A stretch of 64,000 nt of DNA from Candidatus Cloacimonadales bacterium (GTDB taxonomy: Bacteria; Cloacimonadota; Cloacimonadia; Cloacimonadales; JAIOQZ01). Under the pieces are notes generated by a model, which saw only the letters and a list, made by a program, of their open reading frames with translations, had not been told where the DNA came from and did no database searches. Of the stretch, positions 56,062 through 64,000 are shown in pieces. Each line of letters opens with the position of its first letter. Within the stretch, counting starts at the first letter, position 1. The DNA lies in the NCBI GenBank assembly GCA_963674825.1, contig OY771587.1, positions 1,504,001 to 1,568,000 of the forward strand. Direction: 5' to 3'. Both the position numbers and the translations under genes were made by a program.

Positions 56062-57933
56062 ATGAGAAGAGTTGTTCTTGTGCTGTTTATCCTTCTTGCA
56101 TGCAATCTGGTGGCCGACACCATCATGTTTTTCGATTTCGACAACGAATTCGATTTTTTCTTCGACGATTGGACACAGCATCGCGTGCAGGGAATGACTT
56201 CCTGGTGTCTTGCTCAAGGCGGTTATAACGACCACCCACCCTACGCGCACTCGGGTAACCGCAACGCGTTTTTCTTCCGGGACGTCGGCGAGACGGGTAC
56301 ACAAATCACCCAGTTGATCACACCGGCAATGGATGTTCGTAACTACACCTATGTTACACTCTCCATGTGGTTTGGCGGTGAAGCCTGGTTCAACGACATG
56401 GATTGGATGTACGTCTATTACCGCGAATCCGAAGAGGACGACTGGCACTATTTCTGGTACCCCGATTCGGATTCCAACTGGATTTATCGCGAGCATGTCA
56501 TCGGGACATTTCCCGAGGCAGATTCGTTTCAGATTATGTTCGAAGGTTATGCCGACGGTGGATTCGGACTCTGCGTCGATGATGTGCATGTCTTCGGGAC
56601 GCCAATCGGGCCAGGCATGGCCATCGATCCCCTTCCGCTTCGCAGCGCAACAGGCGTCTCACAGGACACCGGCATCTCCTGGACCAACACCGGCCTCACC
56701 ACCGAGGTAGAAGTCCGCTTCGACACCGTAAATCCTCCCCAGAATGTCATCTACTCCGGCACAACAATCGACACACTAACCAGCGCGCAGATCGGCGGTC
56801 CATTCGACTTGGGCACCATAATCTACTGGCAGGTTAATTCCATCAACGACACGCTTCAGACCAACGGAATGGTCTGGTCGTTTACCGTGGTGGAACCACC
56901 ACCGGGCTACCTCGAGACGAGCCCGGATACGATTGCATGCACACTTGCGCAGGGATTGCAGGACGAATGCTCGCTGAACCTATCCAATACCGGTGGACAG
57001 AGTTTGGATTACGAGCTTGTCGTGATGGGAACATCCAGTCGTGCGCTTCTGACCGAAGATTTCGAGAGCGGCGTTTTTCCGCCGGATGGATGGCAGACTT
57101 ACCGTCTGGGCGCGACGGACGATCGTGGGTGGATCGAATCCACCTATCAATATCATTCCTCTTCCCACTCCTGTGTACATCCGGATGACGACTACAATAG
57201 TATGGCGCACGACTGGATCGTGACACCAGCTGTTCAAATCGGCTCAGACAGCCAGCTTCAGTTCTACGAGAGAAACCAGTACGTATATGGAAATTACTAC
57301 ACCTACCACGGCGTATGGATTTCGACCGGCAGCGGTGATCCCGCCGACGGTGATTTCGTCGAGCTGATGGAATTCGGAAACGGAGCGGAAGATTGGGTTC
57401 TGCGGACAATCGATCTCTCGGAATATATGGGTGAGACGGCCTACTTCGGGTTCTACTACCAGGGTGATTACGATTCGCTCTGGCGGATCGACGACGTGAC
57501 GGTAACCGGCGAACCGTTGCCGGATTGGCTGACCGTTGAAGGCTCGCAGAGTCTTTCAGGAACGATTCCGCCGGGTATTACGGAATCCCTCGCTGTGGAA
57601 TTAGATGCCACCGGTATGGATATCGGTACCTATGGCGCGTCGCTGTTGATTACTCCCGCGAATGATCAGGGAACAATCCTGAAGCCGGTCATCATGACCG
57701 TAATCGAACTCCAGCTCATACCGCCGGATGATGTCCTGATCGTTACGGGAACAAACTCAGTGACGCTTTCATGGAATCCCGTGAACGGAGCGACCTCCTA
57801 CCGGGTATATTCCTCTACCGACCCGGAAAGCGGTTGGGATGTTGACGAGACCGGTGTTTTAAACGGTACGACATGGAATGCCCCCGTAACCGCCGGGAAG
57901 ATGTTTTATCGCGTAACGTGTTTGATTGAGTAG
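56062..57933 (+). CDS. Secreted protein with cleaved-adhesin (choice-of-anchor J / MAM-like) domains and FN3-like C-terminal tail
   Basis: ATG 56062 after GGAGGT; signal peptide; LITPAMD, EDFESGVFPPDGW, HDWIVTP, IDLSEYMG, WRIDDV. Confidence 0.8.
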   Translation: MRRVVLVLFILLACNLVADTIMFFDFDNEFDFFFDDWTQHRVQGMTSWCLAQGGYNDHPPYAHSGNRNAFFFRDVGETGTQITQLITPAMDVRNYTYVTLSMWFGGEAWFNDMDWMYVYYRESEEDDWHYFWYPDSDSNWIYREHVIGTFPEADSFQIMFEGYADGGFGLCVDDVHVFGTPIGPGMAIDPLPLRSATGVSQDTGISWTNTGLTTEVEVRFDTVNPPQNVIYSGTTIDTLTSAQIGGPFDLGTIIYWQVNSINDTLQTNGMVWSFTVVEPPPGYLETSPDTIACTLAQGLQDECSLNLSNTGGQSLDYELVVMGTSSRALLTEDFESGVFPPDGWQTYRLGATDDRGWIESTYQYHSSSHSCVHPDDDYNSMAHDWIVTPAVQIGSDSQLQFYERNQYVYGNYYTYHGVWISTGSGDPADGDFVELMEFGNGAEDWVLRTIDLSEYMGETAYFGFYYQGDYDSLWRIDDVTVTGEPLPDWLTVEGSQSLSGTIPPGITESLAVELDATGMDIGTYGASLLITPANDQGTILKPVIMTVIELQLIPPDDVLIVTGTNSVTLSWNPVNGATSYRVYSSTDPESGWDVDETGVLNGTTWNAPVTAGKMFYRVTCLIE

Positions 57934-57940
57934 AGAGAAG

Positions 57941-57964
57941 GCGGACGAGGACGTCCGCGTTCCC
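57941..57964 (-). repeat. Isolated REP-like palindrome between convergent genes
   Basis: GCGGACG-AGGA-CGTCCGC-GTTCCC; perfect 7-bp stem, no T-tail on either strand. Confidence 0.5.
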
Positions 57965-57965
57965 A

Positions 57966-59357
57966 TTATTCGCGTTCAAGTGCGAAATTACCGTAGAAAT
58001 CTTCCGCGCCGTTGAGCCGTACCTTCATTTTGTCGCCATTGATCGTGCAGACCGCTTCCACAATCGCGCCGTTCGGCGTGAAGAAGGTCAGTCGCAGCAC
58101 GTTTCCCATCAAGCTCAGGTGGTCGATCGCGAGGTGATCGCCATTGTTGTTGATAATAACATAACCCGTGACCGCTGCCTGCTTAGTATCCAGCGCTATC
58201 ACAAGCTCCTTATTTTTCTCTTTTCCCCAGATACCCTCAAGCAGCCGATCCGCGATGACCCCATCTGCATCGATGCGATTCACGAAATTATCGACACACG
58301 CTTCGCCGGTGAGCTCTTTCGAGAAGAAGCTATCCGGCAGCTTTGGTACCAGCTTCTCCATCATGAACGATTTATCGGCCTGCTTCGTGTATGCCTCGAA
58401 ACGGCTTATCATGTCCCCGCCGTCCGGTTGATCGATATCGAGCATCAGCGTGGGCGATTGATTGGTAAAATCGATATCGCTGAGTTTCAGTGTCTTGACC
58501 GCGGGATTCAACCGAGTGCGGAAATGCATCGTGCGGCTATCCTCATCGTAGAGAACGGACCACTCGGGGTCGTCGTGCACCCTGAGTGTCTGCATCATCA
58601 TGATCCCGTAATCCACGACATTGTCTGTGGGCTTCATTTCGCGCATTAGACGCTGATAACGCACAAACCTTGGTACACGCGGATCATCCACTTCTGTGGG
58701 GTAATTTCCACCGAATCCCTTGTAGTAGCGCTCCAGCTCCATTTCCCAGTCGTAGGGTGAATTGAACACAGCCGGCACCGGCATGTCAGCGCCGGTACGA
58801 ACCAGTGGTTTTCCGTCCGCAAACGCGATATACGCAGTATTACCCAGTGCATCGCCGACAAAGTAATGCCAACCCCACCCATCGATGGTGACCTCGTTCG
58901 CACGCTGGATGGCGTCTTCAACGTTGAGACAGGTATCCAGAATATACTGCATCCAGTTCATCTGGTTCATCGCCGGTTTTTCGGGATCATTGGGGTACTC
59001 GACATCTTCGCCCATCTCCCAGATGTACAGGCCTTCCTCGTTGACGCCACCGTCGGGAAAATCCCGTCCGAAGATGTTGACGGTTACAGATCCATATCGG
59101 GAAATCCAGGCGTAATCTGTCGCCAAGGTGGGATTCGTGGTGGTAAGTTCGTCCCAGGTGCGGCTTTCCTTGAGTATTCCACGCTTGTTAATGAAGACCA
59201 TCCCGGGAACACCAAGGTCACCCTGATTCATGTTGTGTGCATAGGCGATATGATCTCCCTGGCGCACCTCGAATGTAGAACATCCTTGCATAGTCTGAGG
59301 TATGAAAATCAACATAATCGTAAACAGAAGCGCGATCACTATTCGAATCGTTAGCAT
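57966..59357 (-). CDS. Linear amide C-N hydrolase (choloylglycine hydrolase / penicillin V acylase family) with C-terminal extension
   Basis: Signal peptide then CSTF (N-terminal Cys nucleophile); WISRYGSVT, DGGVNEEGL, WMQYILD, HYFVGD. Confidence 0.88.
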   Translation of the reverse strand: MLTIRIVIALLFTIMLIFIPQTMQGCSTFEVRQGDHIAYAHNMNQGDLGVPGMVFINKRGILKESRTWDELTTTNPTLATDYAWISRYGSVTVNIFGRDFPDGGVNEEGLYIWEMGEDVEYPNDPEKPAMNQMNWMQYILDTCLNVEDAIQRANEVTIDGWGWHYFVGDALGNTAYIAFADGKPLVRTGADMPVPAVFNSPYDWEMELERYYKGFGGNYPTEVDDPRVPRFVRYQRLMREMKPTDNVVDYGIMMMQTLRVHDDPEWSVLYDEDSRTMHFRTRLNPAVKTLKLSDIDFTNQSPTLMLDIDQPDGGDMISRFEAYTKQADKSFMMEKLVPKLPDSFFSKELTGEACVDNFVNRIDADGVIADRLLEGIWGKEKNKELVIALDTKQAAVTGYVIINNNGDHLAIDHLSLMGNVLRLTFFTPNGAIVEAVCTINGDKMKVRLNGAEDFYGNFALERE

Positions 59358-59531
59358 TGAAATCTCCTTCGATATAATCTTTGCTTCTATAATTGCAATT
59401 CGGATGCCATAGTTATTTGTGTATATATTTCAATATGTTACGATATTTCATAACGAGAATTCTTACACCAATTGGATATGCTATATACGGGATTGATATA
59501 AACAGAGTCTGAGGATTGTCGATTCACGCGC

Positions 59532-59565
59532 AAAAAGAAACCGCCCCACAAATGCAGGGCGGTTC
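59532..59565 (-). terminator. Intrinsic terminator of the large adhesin-like gene
   Basis: AACCGCCC...GGGCGGTT stem followed by TCTTTT on the minus strand. Confidence 0.75.
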
Positions 59566-59583
59566 GTTTATAAGCTATTCGCG

Positions 59584-62500
59584 TTAGTTTTTAGCTTTTA
59601 CGATGAAGTAACGCGATGTCTCGGTTACGGTAGTTGACCACACGGTAATGTTTGTCTGACCTACCTGCGTGAATGGACCATCCGGCGAGCCGGACGCATA
59701 GATCACATAGCTGGTCGCATAAGTGGTGGTAGACCACGTCAGGTACGCGGTATTCGATGCAATCTGAATGCTGAGATCGTCAACCATTTCCGGCATGAAG
59801 TTCACATGCACATTGATAGTAACTTCGACAATCGGTTCATTTGGATCGTCGCTCTGTACCTCGATCGTGGACACGTAATTTCCGGCTGTCATACCCGCGG
59901 TATTGACCGTTACGATGATAGCCTGCTGACCGCCAACCTCAACACTGCCCGTTTCCGGTGTGAAGCTGAGCCAGTCCGTACGCTGAAGGTTCTGGCGGAG
60001 ATTATTCTCACTGCTCAGAGCTGCTTCAAGCGTGCTCAATGTGGTTACTTCTCCATCCGCGATTGTATAGGTGAGCAGTCCATCACCACTATTGGAGATG
60101 TAGAAGCTCTTGTTCATCGTCGCATCAGGATCCAGCGTGTAGCTGAGCGCTTGCGGCGTAACCGTGATTTCCGGGAAATCGACATGGATACCGGTACCGG
60201 TTACAGCAAGCAGGTTGCTCGGGTAATTTGTATCGTTGGATGTGATGATGATGTTACCGGCGTACGTCTGTTCCGCTTCCGGTTCGAAGGTAAGGTCGAA
60301 GGTTTGCGAAGAGAACGCCGGGATGTTGTAATCCAGTGAGTTGCGCTCGATTGTCGCGCTGCCAGATTCCTTTCTCGCCGAAGTTGTACGAGTCGTTGTG
60401 ATTTCGCTGACAGTGTAACCCGCAATGGTGGTGATTGTACCGAGCATCGGAGCACTACCGTTGTTCTCGATGGTGAATTGCTGCGTTTCGCTAAGCTGAA
60501 CCGCCACATCGCCGAAATCGAGCGAAGACGGTGTCAGGTTAAAATCAGGATAGGTAACGATGTTGAGCGAAACCGGGATGGTAATCGTCGGTTCGTCCGG
60601 ATCGTTTGAGCTGATGATGATATCCGCGGTATGGGTTTCGCTATCGATCATATCGGCAGTGTTGATCTCGAATATAATCTCGCCAGGACCGCCGTATCCG
60701 GGAAGGCTTCCGCTATCGCCGGTTGTAATCTGAATCCAGGTCGGAGATTCATGCAATTCCATCGCAAAGAAAGTATCCGGATCCGTCTGCGCGACGCCAC
60801 AAAGTGCGACTTTTCCCGGGATCAGATCCGTGCTTAGGCTACATCCACCGGCTGTTTGCGCGGTTGTTGAGCCATTGAGAAGCGGAACGACGATCGATTC
60901 GCCGGTCAGCGCTTCGGTTGCGATATCGTATTGGTAGAATGTGAGTGTTTGGTAGCTGTTCGGACCCGACGAATCGGAAAGCCACAGCGTATGGTCGCTC
61001 GGGTCGTAGGTCGAGCCGTAAACGTTAGAGAGAGTTGATGGGAATGTCAACTCGTCGAGGATATTACCGCTTTCGTCAAACACGATGAAGTTTCCGAACG
61101 TATTATTCCAGTTACCTGAAACAAATCCCAAGGAAGGAACATATGAGAGTGAGCGGAAGCATGTCAGGCCCAGATTGCCCGAGAAGAGCATCGTCTGGCT
61201 TCCATCCGAAGGATTGATCCGGTAGAATCCGTTTTCGTCACCTGCGTAAAGGTACGTTCCGTCATCAGCCATATCACGGAAACCCCATTCGCTTGTGGTA
61301 ATCTGTGTATAGGTGTTGAGAAGGTTACCACTGGTGTCGAAGTGGTAGAGATAGTTTGATTCGCCGGAGGAACTGGAGAGTCCTCCCGCGGTTGCCCAGA
61401 TGTATCCGTTCATTACCTCGTTTCCGATAAGCAAGACCGAGCCTGTGGGCGCATTGAGGTCGATCTGCATAAGGAGATCGCCCTGAGCACGAATACCGCT
61501 GTAGTCCAAACGACGCGATGTCGATGCCAGCGCATCCGATTGGCCATCCAGCGTGCTGCTGCTGAAGAATTCAGAGAATCCAGCATCTACCAGCGTTCTT
61601 GTCGTGTTGGAAACGGTAGCCGTCCAGCTCAATGCGCCTTCATCAAGGTTCATAAGCTGAATGGTTCCCTGATCGATCATATCCGGTTCCATGGTATATT
61701 CGAATGAGAGCGGTGATGCGGAGATATCCGGCACAAGCTCATCCACCGTAAGGGTCACAGGGATCGCTTCGCTCGCATGGTCGGGATCGTTGGATGTCAG
61801 GATGATATTGGCTGTATAAGAGCCAACGGCAAGGCCATTACTATCGAATCCGACGCTAATCACGTCATCCGCGCCTCCGACAGAAATCGTGCCATCGACG
61901 CTTACACCGTTATTGAGCGTAAGCCAGGTTGGTTCAATCGAACCACCCTCACCGTATATCATGACGTTATCAATCGCCCAGTACCACTCGTAGTTCGCAG
62001 CATAGTAGTGGTAGCGGACTTGCAGCGCATCATTGACATAGGATGTAAGATCGTATACTGCATGGGAAGGTGAATTCCATGCTCCTACATCAGAGCCGGT
62101 CATGCTCAGCAGGTTAACCCACTGTGTTCCGTCCCAAACATCGACATCGGCGATCTCGGCCTGATAGGAATTGAAATAGTGATCGAATTCCAGCGTAAGG
62201 CTGGTATAGCCTTCAACATCCAGAACCGGCGTTGCCAGGATTTCATCCATATCGACGCTACCTGCGCCATCGCTATCGATAAACGCGAACGGCGTTCCAT
62301 CGAGCGAATAGCTTGAGTTGTAATAATCAACAACAACCCACGTATCGGTCGTTGCACCACCATCAGTAACCGTCCAATCAGTCGGCATACCGCTGTCGAA
62401 GGTTTCGTTGACGAGGTCTGTACGATTGCGTGTGGGGTACTGAATTGCTGCAGTATAGGTCAATTCGAGCGAGCCATCGTTTCCAATTGTCAGGTTCTGC

Positions 62501-64000
62501 GATGTCTGAAGATCGGTCTCCTGGGTTGCGCTGAAGGAAGCGGGATCCCAGGTAATCGCAGCTGTCGGCGGAACGATACCGGTACCGGTAATTGCGATTG
62601 TTTCGTCGTCACCGGCGTTGTTGGCAATAACCACATTTCCGTTGTATGCCTGTTCGTCAACCGGCTCGAATGTCAGGTTGTATGTGAGAATAGAGCCAGC
62701 AGCAACACTGAACGTAACCGTGTTACGCGACTTGGAACCCAAACGTACTGCTGCATTGGTTCGAGTTGCCTGCGTTACGGTGTAACCATCCGGTGTCGTG
62801 ATGCTACCGTTCAATGTGGCGAGTCCGGTATTCTCGATGGTAAACTGCTGCGTGTCGCTTTGGCCGATAATCACTTCACCAAATGCGATGCTGGCCGGGT
62901 TAACGGCAATTTCCGGTTCCATTTCCGCCATGACGTGCATGGTTACCGGAACGATAACCGTACCCTCATCGGAATCGTTGCTGGTGATGGTGATGTTCTT
63001 GTAGTAGTCACCCTCGGGCATTCCTGTGGCGTCGATCGCTGCGGTAATCGAAACCGCCGGATCACCGGACGGGATCGTTCCGCTGACGCTGGAACTGCCA
63101 TTGAGCGTAAGCCATTCGATGTTCTCGTCGATGCTGAGCATCACGTTATCGATTGCCCAGTAGAAGCCCTGGTTGTTGAAGTCGTTGTACATGAAGCGAA
63201 TCTGCATATTCGCGTTAGCATATTCACTGATATCAAAGATCGGGTGTTCGAAATTGTTGAAGTCCACACCCTGCGTACTGTTCCAGGTCACGATATCCTG
63301 CCAGTCGGAACCATCGTACACAGAAATCTGTGCAAATTCGTTGGTTCTCATGAGGAACAGGTGATCCAGTTCCAGCGAAATCTGGCTAGCGCCTTCGGTG
63401 TTATAGACCGGTGATTCAAGCACTTCAAACAAGGTATATCCTGCAGGAAGAGCGCTACTGTTGACGAGCATGAAATTGGTGCCGTCGAACGAGTTGCCAT
63501 TGTAACCGCTGACATTTGTCCAGGTAATCCCGGCTACGCCGTAGTCATAGATGGTCCAGGTCGTGGGTAAACCCGAATCGAAATCGGTAAGGTTGGTGCT
63601 GCGGCTGCTGACTTCAGTCACTTCCGCGCTCCAGGTAAGATCGAGTCCACCTTCGTTGGCGATGGTAACAATTTTCTCATCTGTATTGCCATTGAGGAGA
63701 CTGACTTCGATCGAAGCCGGTGTAACGGCTATTTCCTGCTCCAACGGTGTATCGGTTACTTCCAGGCTAACCGGGATTTCGACCGATGCCTCGTCCGGGT
63801 CGTTGCTGGAGATATAAATCGTAGCAGTATATGTGCCCAGGCTCAACTCTGACGCGTCGAATCCAACGGTGACATCGACATCAGCTCCACCGGAAATGAT
63901 GCTGCCGGAAGCGCTGTCGCCATCATCAAGCGTAAGCCACTGAGGGCCGCTCTGATCTCCGGTGATCACAACATTGTCGACAGCCCAGTAGTAGTCGTAA
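59584..64000 (-). CDS. Very large secreted Ig-repeat adhesin-like protein with inserted MAM/cleaved-adhesin-like and propeller-like domains, FN3-like tail (5' end outside the window)
   Basis: Frame stays open to the window edge (YDYYWAVDNVV precedes the track start); repeated SNDPD Ig units, WAIDNV domains, choice-of-anchor-D-like units. Confidence 0.85.
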   Translation of the reverse strand, partial: YDYYWAVDNVVITGDQSGPQWLTLDDGDSASGSIISGGADVDVTVGFDASELSLGTYTATIYISSNDPDEASVEIPVSLEVTDTPLEQEIAVTPASIEVSLLNGNTDEKIVTIANEGGLDLTWSAEVTEVSSRSTNLTDFDSGLPTTWTIYDYGVAGITWTNVSGYNGNSFDGTNFMLVNSSALPAGYTLFEVLESPVYNTEGASQISLELDHLFLMRTNEFAQISVYDGSDWQDIVTWNSTQGVDFNNFEHPIFDISEYANANMQIRFMYNDFNNQGFYWAIDNVMLSIDENIEWLTLNGSSSVSGTIPSGDPAVSITAAIDATGMPEGDYYKNITITSNDSDEGTVIVPVTMHVMAEMEPEIAVNPASIAFGEVIIGQSDTQQFTIENTGLATLNGSITTPDGYTVTQATRTNAAVRLGSKSRNTVTFSVAAGSILTYNLTFEPVDEQAYNGNVVIANNAGDDETIAITGTGIVPPTAAITWDPASFSATQETDLQTSQNLTIGNDGSLELTYTAAIQYPTRNRTDLVNETFDSGMPTDWTVTDGGATTDTWVVVDYYNSSYSLDGTPFAFIDSDGAGSVDMDEILATPVLDVEGYTSLTLEFDHYFNSYQAEIADVDVWDGTQWVNLLSMTGSDVGAWNSPSHAVYDLTSYVNDALQVRYHYYAANYEWYWAIDNVMIYGEGGSIEPTWLTLNNGVSVDGTISVGGADDVISVGFDSNGLAVGSYTANIILTSNDPDHASEAIPVTLTVDELVPDISASPLSFEYTMEPDMIDQGTIQLMNLDEGALSWTATVSNTTRTLVDAGFSEFFSSSTLDGQSDALASTSRRLDYSGIRAQGDLLMQIDLNAPTGSVLLIGNEVMNGYIWATAGGLSSSSGESNYLYHFDTSGNLLNTYTQITTSEWGFRDMADDGTYLYAGDENGFYRINPSDGSQTMLFSGNLGLTCFRSLSYVPSLGFVSGNWNNTFGNFIVFDESGNILDELTFPSTLSNVYGSTYDPSDHTLWLSDSSGPNSYQTLTFYQYDIATEALTGESIVVPLLNGSTTAQTAGGCSLSTDLIPGKVALCGVAQTDPDTFFAMELHESPTWIQITTGDSGSLPGYGGPGEIIFEINTADMIDSETHTADIIISSNDPDEPTITIPVSLNIVTYPDFNLTPSSLDFGDVAVQLSETQQFTIENNGSAPMLGTITTIAGYTVSEITTTRTTSARKESGSATIERNSLDYNIPAFSSQTFDLTFEPEAEQTYAGNIIITSNDTNYPSNLLAVTGTGIHVDFPEITVTPQALSYTLDPDATMNKSFYISNSGDGLLTYTIADGEVTTLSTLEAALSSENNLRQNLQRTDWLSFTPETGSVEVGGQQAIIVTVNTAGMTAGNYVSTIEVQSDDPNEPIVEVTINVHVNFMPEMVDDLSIQIASNTAYLTWSTTTYATSYVIYASGSPDGPFTQVGQTNITVWSTTVTETSRYFIVKAKN

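Overview
Bacterial chromosomal window with no rRNA, tRNA, CRISPR array, transposase, integrase or reverse transcriptase recognised. Gene content resembles Candidatus Cloacimonadota / FCB-group bacteria (inference from many secreted proteins with YPNPFNP...YN(L/V)RGQ...SG(I/V)YF FlgD-Ig/T9SS-like tails and a gingipain-type C25 peptidase). About half of the window encodes large acidic secreted multidomain proteins: a CotH kinase, the C25 peptidase, a lamin-tail/OB/Calx-beta protein, two tandem Ig-rich paralogues, a 7 x 207-aa beta-helix protein and cleaved-adhesin/MAM proteins. The rest is signalling (TPR histidine kinase, PAS adenylate cyclase, NtrC-type regulator, STAS, GAF-HisKA, PilZ), an ABC transporter operon, a small glycosylation cassette and housekeeping genes (glnA, RlmI-like methyltransferase, M29 aminopeptidase, FKBP). 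Best leads: (1) a modular, covarying hairpin repeat with cGNAg loops sitting right after the stop codons of two secreted-protein genes; (2) two mutually exclusive C-terminal tail types on secreted proteins; (3) a split-Ig plug-in architecture with Arg-containing loops that may be gingipain processing sites; (4) a FimV-like / FliK-like / FlhB-C-fragment / GAF-HisKA / PilZ operon containing a 45-aa ORF absent from the ORF track; (5) a structured glnA leader ahead of a GS lacking the adenylylation Tyr; (6) a perfect 30-bp palindrome. All family calls are by eye from motifs; no searches were run.
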